In this document: positions 1-9,326 of the stretch, in pieces
Position numbering within the stretch: the stretch's first letter is position 1
Layout: each line of letters begins with the position of its first letter
DNA from: an uncultured Deinococcales bacterium
GTDB lineage: Bacteria; Deinococcota; Deinococci; Deinococcales; JAAFIG01
Length of the DNA: 23,103 nt
NCBI GenBank assembly: GCA_964247135.1
Contig: CAXTTL010000053.1
Span: 1-23,103 of the forward strand
Direction: 5' to 3'
Translations under genes and position numbers: made by a program
The notes under the pieces: generated by a model
The model's database searches: none
Told to the model about the DNA's origin: nothing
Seen by the model: only the letters and a program-made list of their open reading frames with translations

Positions 1-118
1 CTCTTTTGTGCGTGTCCAAGCAGTCAATTAACCAAGTTGAAAGTGAAAATGATGCTAGCCTAAAGTTCAATCGAAGGCGGTTTTGCGAGCAAATCGGGAG
101 AATGGCTTGCGCAGAATA

Positions 119-1372
119 ATGGCTTTCGGCACGAATCGAGCGCTTGTGAAGGCAGAACCCATTCAAGAATTAAAAGACATTGCCAAAAATTTACCGAGCG
201 CGGTCAGCACCAGACTCAACGCCGTCACCAGACAGCTCGAGGGTGAGCGCGGGGCGTTCAATGCCCTGTCATTCATCGGTAACAAGCTCTCAGGCGTGCG
301 TGATGTCTTTGATGCCACGGCGCTGCTCGAGGCGGTCTTAAAAGAGGCTGTGGTGCTCATGCAGGGTGACCGTGCCGCGCTCGCACTGGTCGAAAAAACG
401 GGTTTGCGCGTGGTTGCCAGCCGCTCGAGGGATTCTGACGCCGATGTCACGGTTTCGCAGACCTTCCTCGAGCGGGTCGTCAAAACCGGTCAGGCGCTGG
501 TCTCAACCAACGTTCAAGAAGACCCGAGCATGAATTCCAGCGCCAGCATTCTGGCGCTCGACATTCGTAGTGTTCTGGCAGTGCCGTTGCGCTCGAGAGA
601 CGAAGTGATTGGCGTTTTGTACGTCGATACCCTGTTCAACCATCGCATGTTTTCAGACATTGATGCCGCAGTATTGGCGACTTTCGCCGGACAAGCCAGC
701 GTTGCGGTCATTTTGGCTCGCAGCGTGCAGCAAGACCATGAACGTAACGTGGCGTTCATCAAAACCATGCTGACCACCCTGGATGCTCGAGACCCGTACA
801 CCGCAGGGCATTCCAACCGCGTCGGCGATTACACCCTCAAGCTGTCCAAGGTGCTGGATTGGAAAGCCGCCGACCAGGAACGCGCCTTGTTCACCGGTTG
901 GGTGCATGACATTGGCAAAATTGGCATCCGAGACGAGTTCTTGTTTAAAAAAGAACCCTTAAGCTTTGGCGAACGCGAGATCATCGAAGAGCATTCGGTG
1001 ATTGGCGAGCGCATTCTGAGGACCATGATGCCCGAAAATCAAGCCATTTTGAGCGCCGTCAGACACCACCACGAACGCTGGGATGGAGGCGGTTATCCCG
1101 ACAAACTCGAGCGGGATACCATTCCCATGCTTGCCCGCATGATCGCCCTCGCAGACACCTTCGACGCCATGACCACCGCCCGTCCGTACAGCACGCCCAA
1201 AACCTGGGAGCGCGGTTTTGAAATTTTGCGTCTCGAGGTTGGGAAGCAATTCGCGCCCGATTTGGTCGAACCGTTCATTCAAGCCTTAAACGACGAAAAT
1301 GTCGGCTCGAGCGTCGATGGTCAAATCATGACCTCGCCACTGGCTCAAACCCAGAATCTCGAGGTTGTGTAG
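119..1372 (+). CDS. GAF domain + HD-GYP cyclic-dinucleotide phosphodiesterase
   Basis: GAF-like segment (SQTFLERVVKTGQALVSTNVQEDP...IRSVLAVPL...VIGVLYVD) followed by intact HD-GYP motifs: TAGHSNRV, HDIGKIG, HHERWDGGGYP, ADTFDAMT. Start ATG 119 chosen; the ORF is open from TTG 83. Confidence 0.9.
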   Translation: MAFGTNRALVKAEPIQELKDIAKNLPSAVSTRLNAVTRQLEGERGAFNALSFIGNKLSGVRDVFDATALLEAVLKEAVVLMQGDRAALALVEKTGLRVVASRSRDSDADVTVSQTFLERVVKTGQALVSTNVQEDPSMNSSASILALDIRSVLAVPLRSRDEVIGVLYVDTLFNHRMFSDIDAAVLATFAGQASVAVILARSVQQDHERNVAFIKTMLTTLDARDPYTAGHSNRVGDYTLKLSKVLDWKAADQERALFTGWVHDIGKIGIRDEFLFKKEPLSFGEREIIEEHSVIGERILRTMMPENQAILSAVRHHHERWDGGGYPDKLERDTIPMLARMIALADTFDAMTTARPYSTPKTWERGFEILRLEVGKQFAPDLVEPFIQALNDENVGSSVDGQIMTSPLAQTQNLEVV

Positions 1373-1414
1373 GGTGCGCCCTGCGCACCGTTGGACATGC
1401 GTTGTTGGTGCGCA
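1369..1414 (+). repeat. GTAG-type REP hairpin with a partial inverted second copy, between convergent genes
   Basis: GTAG (overlapping the TAG stop) + GGTGCGC-cct-GCGCACC at 1373-1389. TGCGCACC (1382-1389) is also inverted by GGTGCGCA (1407-1414). Confidence 0.65.
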
Positions 1415-1419
1415 AGGCT

Positions 1420-3831
1420 TTAAGCCTCGAGTTTTTGTTTGACCAATTCTTGCACCATTTGCGGATTGCCCGCGCCTTTGGTTTGCGCCATGACCTGACC
1501 GACAAAAAACCCCAGCAAGCCCGTGCGACCAGATTTGTACGCCGCAACCTTGTCAGGATTTGCCGTCATGATCGCGTCCACAATCACCGCTAGCGCTCCA
1601 GAATCCGAAACTTGTTTCAATCCGTCACGTGCAATAATCTCGAGCGGATCAACACCTGTTTCAATGGTTTTCTCGAGCACCGTTTTGGCAATGCGGTTTG
1701 AAATCGTACCGTCCGAAATCAGCTTCACCAGTTCGCCAAGTTGAGCAGGGGAGACTCGAGGGGAATCGGTTTCTCGTAGGTGCGTGCCGAGTTCATTCAC
1801 CACCCAATTCGAGAGCGTCGAAGCATTTACGCCAGACTGGAATGATGCGTCCAAGAAGCTCGAGAGTTTTGGTTCTCGCACCAACACTCGAGCTTCAGAT
1901 TCGCCAATCTCGAGTTTGAGATATTGCTCGAGTTTTATTTGTTGCTCAGGTGTGAGTTCTGCTTTTGTAACTTCGGCGTTTGCTTGAGTTGAACTGCTCG
2001 CATGTCCGTGAGATGTCGCCATGACTGTTCTGGTTGGTGTTGCTCGAGTTGAACCACTTGCTGCGACATCAATGGTTGCACTGTTTGACCATGAATCCCG
2101 AAGCGAAATAATCCTGTTGAACACCAACTTTTCCGCGCTTGAGTCCACGGGATCACGCCAGAAATACCCGAGACGCTCGAACTGATACCGAGTCTCGAGC
2201 GGGTCATTTTCAATGCTGGGTTCGACAAAACCGTGCGAAATCTCGAGGCTGTTGGGATTCAAGAAATGCAGGAAATCCACCTCTTCACCATCGTCATCTT
2301 CCTCGAGTTCTTTGGCTTCGGCTTCGGGGTGAGGACTTTTGAACAATCGGTCATACAATCTAAACTCGGCTGGCACGGCGTATTTGGCGCTGACCCAATG
2401 AATCACGGCTTTGGCTTTTTCGGCTTCCTCGAGCAGCGTGCAGTGAAGCTCGAGAATTTCGCCAGCGTCATTTTTTACGATATCGTTGCATTCGATCACG
2501 CCAACACCACGCAAGAACACACGACCGTTCGGGGATAAACGTTTGAAACCCGCTACAGGCTCGAGCATAAAATCTTCACGCTCAATAAAAATTTCTTTTG
2601 TTAGTTTGACTGCTCGAGTTGCGGTTTCTGGGGTTACTCGAGTTCCATCTGGAAGCGGCACAAGTCCATCGGGTGACAGTTTGATCACGTCACTTGGAAA
2701 GTACGGAATCTCGAGTTCTAAATCCACCTCGACATTGGAGAGCACAATTTTTAACGGGTGCAAGACTGCCATCACCCGAGGTGCAATGAAGTTCAAATCG
2801 TCCCGAATCGCATTCTCGAGAATCGCCAAATCCACGGTGCGGTTCGTGCGGTTGATGCTGATTTGCGAGACGAATTTTTGGATGGCATCGGGTGTCACGC
2901 CGCGCCTGCATTGCGCCGCGATGGTTGGCATTCGCGGGTCGTCCCAACCAAGCACGTGCTTACCTTCGACCAGCTTTTTCAATTTGCGTTTGCTGACCAC
3001 GGTGTACTCGAGACTCCTGCGCCCGAACTCGTACTGAATTGGTGGGGCTTTTTCCCAAAGGTTGTCCATCAACCAACGGTACACGGCGTTGTTGTCAATA
3101 AACTCGAGCGAGCACAAACTGTGCGTTACGCCGTCGAGCGCATCCGTGATACTTTGAGCAAAATCGTAACTTGGGTAAATGCACCATTCGTTTCCCGTGC
3201 GGTAATGCGTGGCGTGAACGATGCGGTACAAGACTGGGTCACGAAGTTTAAAGTTTGGGTTAGCCAAATCAATCTTGGCGCGAAGCACGTGCGAACCATC
3301 AGGAAATTCTCCCAAACGCATTCTCTTGAACATCTCGAGGTTCTCGTTCACGCTGCGATCACGGTACTGGCTGGGCGTTCCAGGCGCGAAGGCTGTCCCG
3401 CGAAGCCGTGCCATCTCTTCGGCGCTCACGCTGTCCACGTATGCCAGACCACGTTCGATCAAACGAATGGCATCGGCATAAAGTTCTGGGAAGTAACTCG
3501 AGGCGTAAGAAATCTCGAGTCCCCAATCCAAACCAAGCCACGCGAGGTCTTTGGAAATAGACTCCACAAATTCGGGTTTGTCGGTGTGCGGGTTGGTGTC
3601 ATCAAACCGCAGCACAAAACGCCCGTTGTAATCTTTGGCGATACCGTAATTGAGTAAACTTGCAAACGCGTGCCCAAGGTGGGCAAAACCATTCGGGTTG
3701 GGCGGAAACCGCGTCACCACACCGTTGTAGCGTTGTTGCTCGAGGTCGCGGTCAATGATTTCCGTAATGAAATTCGGACCAATACGGCGAGAACTCGAGG
3801 TTGAAGGTTTTGAGTTGATTTCCGTGCTCAT
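1420..3831 (-). CDS. glnS: Glutamine--tRNA ligase with C-terminal YqeY (GatB_Yqey) domain
   Basis: RFPPNPNGFAHLGH (HIGH motif), RFDDTNP, HSLCSLEF, VVSKRKL (KMSKS motif), WDDPRMPT, YQFERLGYF. An S/T/A-rich linker leads to a YqeY tail (GLKQVSD...GFFVGQVM...GAGNPQMV). Start ATG 3831 has TATGCT 8 nt upstream; the ORF-track extension to 3930 crosses a REP. Confidence 0.96.
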   Translation of the reverse strand: MSTEINSKPSTSSSRRIGPNFITEIIDRDLEQQRYNGVVTRFPPNPNGFAHLGHAFASLLNYGIAKDYNGRFVLRFDDTNPHTDKPEFVESISKDLAWLGLDWGLEISYASSYFPELYADAIRLIERGLAYVDSVSAEEMARLRGTAFAPGTPSQYRDRSVNENLEMFKRMRLGEFPDGSHVLRAKIDLANPNFKLRDPVLYRIVHATHYRTGNEWCIYPSYDFAQSITDALDGVTHSLCSLEFIDNNAVYRWLMDNLWEKAPPIQYEFGRRSLEYTVVSKRKLKKLVEGKHVLGWDDPRMPTIAAQCRRGVTPDAIQKFVSQISINRTNRTVDLAILENAIRDDLNFIAPRVMAVLHPLKIVLSNVEVDLELEIPYFPSDVIKLSPDGLVPLPDGTRVTPETATRAVKLTKEIFIEREDFMLEPVAGFKRLSPNGRVFLRGVGVIECNDIVKNDAGEILELHCTLLEEAEKAKAVIHWVSAKYAVPAEFRLYDRLFKSPHPEAEAKELEEDDDGEEVDFLHFLNPNSLEISHGFVEPSIENDPLETRYQFERLGYFWRDPVDSSAEKLVFNRIISLRDSWSNSATIDVAASGSTRATPTRTVMATSHGHASSSTQANAEVTKAELTPEQQIKLEQYLKLEIGESEARVLVREPKLSSFLDASFQSGVNASTLSNWVVNELGTHLRETDSPRVSPAQLGELVKLISDGTISNRIAKTVLEKTIETGVDPLEIIARDGLKQVSDSGALAVIVDAIMTANPDKVAAYKSGRTGLLGFFVGQVMAQTKGAGNPQMVQELVKQKLEA

Positions 3832-3868
3832 CGAATTCGAGCATACCGTAAGAAGCTGCCCAGGGCAA

Positions 3869-3894
3869 AGGGCGAATACAAGGCTCGCCCCTAC
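3869..3894 (-). repeat. GTAG-type REP hairpin
   Basis: Minus strand reads GTAGGGGCGAGCCTTGTATTCGCCCT: GTAG head plus a GGGCGA/TCGCCC stem, in the glnS-jetA divergent spacer. Confidence 0.65.
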
Positions 3895-4000
3895 GGCAAG
3901 TCTTTTTTTTTGCGAGTAATCTGCTTTCATTTTCAGATCTAAATTGTGATTCGCACTGATACTCGAGATTTAGGGTATTAAGCTGTAAACTCGTACCAGC

Positions 4001-5431
4001 ATGGACTATTACAGGTTACAGCACGAATTCTTGCATTCCCCAAGCATTCGTTTGCTTCGCAGTCCACATGCGCCTTTGATTCTGAGTTTCTTGTATGCCC
4101 AGTTCAAAATTGCGCAACGTCTTGTTGTCCCCTGGGACGATCTGGTCGGGTTTCTCGAAACCGCACTCGAGGAGATCAATGCAGCCAAACCAGATGCTTT
4201 TCCAAAATCGGCGAGCATGTATTTAAAAGAATGGAGCAACGAGGAGCACCGAATTTTACGGGTGCTCAACAGGAACAACACCGATTTGGTCGAATTGACC
4301 CCAGACACCGAGCGCAGTATTGCTTGGATTGAGAGTTTGTACCAGCATCAGTTTGTCGGGACAGAATCGCGTTTTTTATCGATTTTTGGTTTGCTGCAAG
4401 AAATGATCGCCAGAAGCACCGAGGAGGTCAGTGTGCGTGTTGGGCAACTCGAGCGCGACCGTGATGCCATTCAAGCCGAGATTGATTTGATTGTTCAGCA
4501 AAACCGTGTCGAACCGTATTCGGACACGCAATTGCGCGAACGTTTTTTGCAAGCCAGCGACCTTGCGCGGGATTTGCTGCGGGATTTTGCGGCGATTGAA
4601 CAGAATTTTCGTGGTTTGGCGCGAACCTTGCAAGAACGGCAAATGCAGCCCGATTCTCGCAAAGGGGCGTTGCTCGGTTTTGTGCTGGATGCGGACAGCG
4701 AATTAAAACGTTCTGACCAGGGGAAAAGCTTTTATGCCTTCTGGGAGTTTTTGTCTTCCGAACGCAAGCGCGACGAATTGCGCACCATGCTCGAGGCGGT
4801 ATATGCCCTGCCGGCGTTACAAGACATCAGCAAGGAACAAGATTTGTTGCGGCGCATCATTCGCTATTTGGGTGAGGCTGGCGAGAAAGTGGTGCAATCC
4901 AATCAACGCCTGTCCGAACAATTGCGACGCTTATTGGATGAGCGCAGTTTGGCTGAACGGCGCAGGGTTCGTGAATTGCTGAGCGAAATAAAGCAACTGG
5001 CATTGCAAAACGACACTGAACTATTGAGCTTAGAACTGGACGGCGACCCTGAAATGAATTTCCCACTCGAGCGCGGTTTGTGGGAGGCTTCAAGCGTTCA
5101 AAAGATCACAGTCCGTCCGACGGCGGCAAAAATCGTTGATGCGACAGACCCAATTTTTCAGGAGTTGTACCAGCAATTTTGGGTCAATGAAGCCGAATTG
5201 GAAAACCACCTGGAGGTCGTGCTTGCAGAAAAGGGCAGTTGTACACTGTCCGAGGTGCTCGAGGTTTTTCCCTTGACCAAGGGCTTGCCCGAAGTCTTGG
5301 GTTATATGGCGATTGCGGGTCGTAATACGCGCCACAGTCTGGATCACAATGCCAACACGCTGTTGACGTGGCAGGTCAAAGACGGGCTGCAACATTGGCG
5401 CATTCCAGGGTTGACGTTTAGGAGATCATGA
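4001..5431 (+). CDS. jetA: Wadjet JetA (DUF3375-like kleisin subunit)
   Basis: DUF3375-like motifs (RLLRSPHAPLILSFL, FVGTESRF, SDQGKSFYAFWEFL, KGLPEVLGY). First gene of a four-gene operon with ATGA overlaps. Confidence 0.88.
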   Translation: MDYYRLQHEFLHSPSIRLLRSPHAPLILSFLYAQFKIAQRLVVPWDDLVGFLETALEEINAAKPDAFPKSASMYLKEWSNEEHRILRVLNRNNTDLVELTPDTERSIAWIESLYQHQFVGTESRFLSIFGLLQEMIARSTEEVSVRVGQLERDRDAIQAEIDLIVQQNRVEPYSDTQLRERFLQASDLARDLLRDFAAIEQNFRGLARTLQERQMQPDSRKGALLGFVLDADSELKRSDQGKSFYAFWEFLSSERKRDELRTMLEAVYALPALQDISKEQDLLRRIIRYLGEAGEKVVQSNQRLSEQLRRLLDERSLAERRRVRELLSEIKQLALQNDTELLSLELDGDPEMNFPLERGLWEASSVQKITVRPTAAKIVDATDPIFQELYQQFWVNEAELENHLEVVLAEKGSCTLSEVLEVFPLTKGLPEVLGYMAIAGRNTRHSLDHNANTLLTWQVKDGLQHWRIPGLTFRRS

Positions 5432-6024
5432 TGAAACCAGAACCCCATGCGGGCGTGATGTTGCGTTTGTTGCAGGGCGCGATTGAATTTGATGACCGCA
5501 ACACTTGGAATGCCTTAATCCTGCATGAAAAAATGGTGCGTCAAGATTTTGCACGAATCGGACTCGAGCTTGTTTTTGTTCAGTCCGATGGTTACGCTTT
5601 TTTACGCCAACCAGAACTCGAGACCGAAGACGGCGAAGCCATCGCCTTGCCTCGGCTGATCAGCCGTCATCGTTTGAGCCGTGATGTCACCTTGTTGTGC
5701 CTGCTGCTTCGAGAGCGCCTCGATCAATTTGAGAACAGCACCCCAGATTCGGATCGTTTGCTGTTGTCCCAAGAGGATTTACGCGATTTGCAGCGTCCTT
5801 TTGCCACTGAGCTTGGTGACGAACGCACGCTCTTCAATCGGTTTGATAAAACGATTCAGGTCGTGGTGAAGCTGGGTTTTTTGCGTCCAATCAGCAACAC
5901 CGAACGTTTTGAGGTGCGTCAAATCATCAAAGCCCGAATCAGCGCCGAGCAATTGCTCGAGTTAAAAAAGTCTTTGCTCGACGCTGCCACGCCAGACAGC
6001 CCAGGTTTTGAGGATGCGCCATGA
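5428..6024 (+). CDS. jetB: Wadjet JetB (DUF4194-like kite subunit)
   Basis: About 198 aa with IGLELV...DGYAFLRQ, LPRLISRHRLS..VTLLCLLLRE, LGFLR, FEVRQIIKA. Lies between jetA and an SMC-like ATPase. Confidence 0.88.
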   Translation: MMKPEPHAGVMLRLLQGAIEFDDRNTWNALILHEKMVRQDFARIGLELVFVQSDGYAFLRQPELETEDGEAIALPRLISRHRLSRDVTLLCLLLRERLDQFENSTPDSDRLLLSQEDLRDLQRPFATELGDERTLFNRFDKTIQVVVKLGFLRPISNTERFEVRQIIKARISAEQLLELKKSLLDAATPDSPGFEDAP

Positions 6025-9000
6025 ACAACGGTTTTCGACTCGAGAAATTTGAGGTCTACAACTGGGGAACCTTCAAAGATCAAGTCTGGTCACTCGAGGT
6101 TGGCAGCGGCACGGCGTTGCTGGTCGGAGCGAACGGCTCGGGGAAATCGACTTTGGTGGACGCTTTTTTAACGCTGCTCGTGCCGCCGCAAAAACGAAAT
6201 TACAATCAAGCTTCCGGCGAGAAATCAAAACGTGGTGAACGCAACGAAACCTCGTATGTGCGGGGTGCGTTTGAACGCAAATCCTCGGACGGTGAGACAA
6301 GCTCGGAGATTCGATACTTGCGCGATAAGAACAGTTACAGCGTTTTGCTGGCGCGGTTTGTTGAGGCGAAAACCAAGCAAATCGTGACCCTCGCCAGCGT
6401 TTTTTACTGGGCGAACAATCCCCGCCCAGAGAAATTTTTTGTCGTGGCAAGCAAAGCCTTAAGCATTTCTGAGGATTTTGCGGTGCAAGGTGAAGTCTCG
6501 AGCCTGAAAAAACGACTTCGCAATCAAGGCGCAGAGGTGTACGACGAGTTTAGCAAGTACAGCCGCGACATCATCAAGGGTTTTGGTTTGCGTTCAGAAA
6601 AAGCCCTGGATTTGTTTAACCAAACCGTTTCGATCAAATCGATTGAAAGTTTAAACGAATTTGTCCGCACGCACATGCTCGAGAAAACCGATATCTTGGA
6701 AAAAATCAATGAACTGCGTGGGCAATACCAGAATCTAACCAAAGCCCATGAAGCCATCGAACGCGCCGAAAAGCAAATCGATTTGCTCAACCCCTTATTG
6801 CGTGAAGCCGATGAGCACACGGCAAAACGAGAGCAGATCAATCAGACCGAACTGTTGCTCGAGGTCGTGCCGCTCTATTTTGCCAAGGCGCAACTGGATT
6901 TGCGCCAAACGGCAATCAGGGACTGCCAAACCGAGCAAACAGCCTTAAAACAGCAACTCGAGCAAACAAAGCAACAACTGGAATCCGACCGCAACCAAAA
7001 ACTCGAGTTGCAGATCGCGCTGCAAAACGACGATGTTGGACGGCGATTGACCGAATTGGAACGCGATATTGCCCAAAAACAAAAAGCGATTGCCGAAAAA
7101 CAAAAAAAGGCAGATCAATATGAAAGTTTATTGAACCGTTTGGGTTTTGCGCCCAGCGACAATCAAATCGATTTTTTAGGGCAACGTCAACACGCGATAG
7201 AACGTCTTGAAGCGCTCGAGCCAGACATTGAAAGGATCAAACGAGAAATCATCAAGGGCGAGATTGAAAAAGAAAAGTTAAACGAAAAGTTGAATGAGCT
7301 GCGACATGAAATTGAGTCTTTAAAATCGCGTCAGAGCAACATTCCAATCACGAACTTGCAAATTCGTGAACAAATCGCGGTTGGTCTTGGCATTCAAGAA
7401 ACCCATCTGCCGTTTGCTGGCGAGTTGATTCGGGTTCGACCCGATGCAAGCCCCTGGGAAGCGGCGATTGAACGCCTGCTCAACCCGCTCGGCAGGCAGT
7501 TGCTGGTCTCAGAGGCGCTTTACCATGATGTCAGCGATTTTGTGAACCGCACCAAATTGCGCGGACATTTGGTGTACCTGCGCACCTTACCGCAGCGTTC
7601 AAAGCTCGGTGCTCTCGAGTTTGAAGCCAATCTGTTGATTGCCAAACTCGAGGTAAAGCCAGACCACCCGATGCAGGCTTGGCTCAAAACCGAATTGATG
7701 ACACGCTGGGATTACGTCTGTTGTGATTCGATAGAGCAATTCCGACGTGAACGGCGTGCTTTGACCATCAGCGGACAAATCAAGCACAACGAAAACCGTC
7801 ACGAAAAAGACGACAGCCGTGTGCTCGGAGACCGCAGCCGTTACGTGCTGGGTTGGAGCAACCTCGAGAAACTTAAGGTGCTGGAGGCAGCCTTTTTGGA
7901 TCTCACCAGCGACCTGAGCACCACCCAAAGCGAGATCAAAAACCTCGAACTTGAGGGCAAAAACCTCGAGCAGCGCAAATACACCTTGCAGCAATTTATC
8001 GGTTTTGAGAACTTTGATCAGATCGATTGGCACAGCGAGGTTAAAGTTCTCGATGATTTGGAATTGCAAAAGCAAAAACTCGAACAGGACAGCAATCATT
8101 TGCAAACGCTAAAACAACAACTCGAGGTTTGCCAAACCAGAATCTTGAACCTTGAAACGGTCCAACAGAAACTCAACCAAGATTTGGGAAGGCTCGAGAC
8201 AAACTTAAACGATCATCAACACAAAAGCCGAGCGCATGAAACTGTTTTAAAGGAGCATCCTTTTGAAATCTGGCAAGCTTTTATCCCAACAATCGAAACC
8301 GAGTTGCGGCAAAAAACGCTGACCCTCGAGACGGCAGGCGACCTGCAATACAGCTTGAATGATTCGCTCAACAAACGCGCCAACGTTTACCGTGGTCAAG
8401 CTTCAAAACTCGAAACCGAAATCAGTCTTAAAATGTCCAAGTTCCGCGATTCGTACCCAGAGGACAGCAGCGAATTTGACTCGTCGCTCGAGTCCATTCC
8501 CGAATACCGCAGGTTGTTTGAACGTTTGGAACGCGACGACCTGCCAAGACACCGTGAAGAATTTAAGACTTTTCTGAACGACAAAATGACCATCGCCATC
8601 AAAAGTTTTCAACGCCACCTCGAGACTCAGGAAGAGGATATTCTGTCCAGCATTGCCGCCCTGAATAGCTCGTTGCAGCATATCGATTACACGCCAGCCA
8701 CCTATATTAAACTCGAGGCAAAACGCAACACCGACGTTGAAATCCAGGAATTTAAGAATGCCTTGCGTGCCTGCACCCCAGATGGTGGATTGCAAAACCA
8801 AGAATTGCGCGAGAACAGTTTTGCCCGAATCCGAGAGTTGATCGAACGTTTTAGCAGCTTTGAAAATTGGACAAACAAAGTCACAGACGTGCGTCAATGG
8901 CGGGTTTTTGCCGCCGAAGAGCGTTACCGCGAAACGGGGCAGCAAAAAAATTATTACGAAGGCTCGAGCGGCAAATCGGGTGGACAACAAGCCAAATTGG

Positions 9001-9326
9001 CGTACACCATTCTGGCTTCGGCAATCGCGTATCAGTATCAACTCGAGCAAGGTGCCTCGAGCCATAAAACTTTTAGGTTCGTGGTGGTTGACGAGGCGTT
9101 CAGTAAACTAGACGAATCCAACGCCAGTTATGCACTCGAATTGTTTAAGCAATTGGAATTGCAATTGCTGGTCGTGACCCCCAAAGACAAAACCCATGTG
9201 GTCGAATCGTTTATTCAAAGTTGCCATTTTGTCACCAACAACGCCGAAGAGAACGATTCTCGAGTTTACAACCTGACTCAAAGCGAATTTGAGACTCAAA
9301 AGCAGCGCTGGGCAAACGAATCATGA
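6021..9326 (+). CDS. jetC: Wadjet JetC SMC-like ATPase
   Basis: N-terminal YNWGTF, Walker A GANGSGKST, long coiled coils around a hinge (LPFAGELI...WEAAIERLL), signature KSGGQ, Walker B FVVVDEAF, LLVVTP. Confidence 0.93.
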   Translation: MNNGFRLEKFEVYNWGTFKDQVWSLEVGSGTALLVGANGSGKSTLVDAFLTLLVPPQKRNYNQASGEKSKRGERNETSYVRGAFERKSSDGETSSEIRYLRDKNSYSVLLARFVEAKTKQIVTLASVFYWANNPRPEKFFVVASKALSISEDFAVQGEVSSLKKRLRNQGAEVYDEFSKYSRDIIKGFGLRSEKALDLFNQTVSIKSIESLNEFVRTHMLEKTDILEKINELRGQYQNLTKAHEAIERAEKQIDLLNPLLREADEHTAKREQINQTELLLEVVPLYFAKAQLDLRQTAIRDCQTEQTALKQQLEQTKQQLESDRNQKLELQIALQNDDVGRRLTELERDIAQKQKAIAEKQKKADQYESLLNRLGFAPSDNQIDFLGQRQHAIERLEALEPDIERIKREIIKGEIEKEKLNEKLNELRHEIESLKSRQSNIPITNLQIREQIAVGLGIQETHLPFAGELIRVRPDASPWEAAIERLLNPLGRQLLVSEALYHDVSDFVNRTKLRGHLVYLRTLPQRSKLGALEFEANLLIAKLEVKPDHPMQAWLKTELMTRWDYVCCDSIEQFRRERRALTISGQIKHNENRHEKDDSRVLGDRSRYVLGWSNLEKLKVLEAAFLDLTSDLSTTQSEIKNLELEGKNLEQRKYTLQQFIGFENFDQIDWHSEVKVLDDLELQKQKLEQDSNHLQTLKQQLEVCQTRILNLETVQQKLNQDLGRLETNLNDHQHKSRAHETVLKEHPFEIWQAFIPTIETELRQKTLTLETAGDLQYSLNDSLNKRANVYRGQASKLETEISLKMSKFRDSYPEDSSEFDSSLESIPEYRRLFERLERDDLPRHREEFKTFLNDKMTIAIKSFQRHLETQEEDILSSIAALNSSLQHIDYTPATYIKLEAKRNTDVEIQEFKNALRACTPDGGLQNQELRENSFARIRELIERFSSFENWTNKVTDVRQWRVFAAEERYRETGQQKNYYEGSSGKSGGQQAKLAYTILASAIAYQYQLEQGASSHKTFRFVVVDEAFSKLDESNASYALELFKQLELQLLVVTPKDKTHVVESFIQSCHFVTNNAEENDSRVYNLTQSEFETQKQRWANES

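Noticed and set aside
2758-3657. Long antisense ORFs (2758-3657 +, 14151-15230 -, 20705-21553 -, 8403-9065 -)
   Set aside because: These are shadows of well-supported genes on the opposite strand and have no recognisable motifs.
3832-3930. 33-aa N-terminal extension of GlnRS in the ORF track
   Set aside because: It runs through a REP hairpin and a homopolymer run, and a -10 box sits just before ATG 3831.
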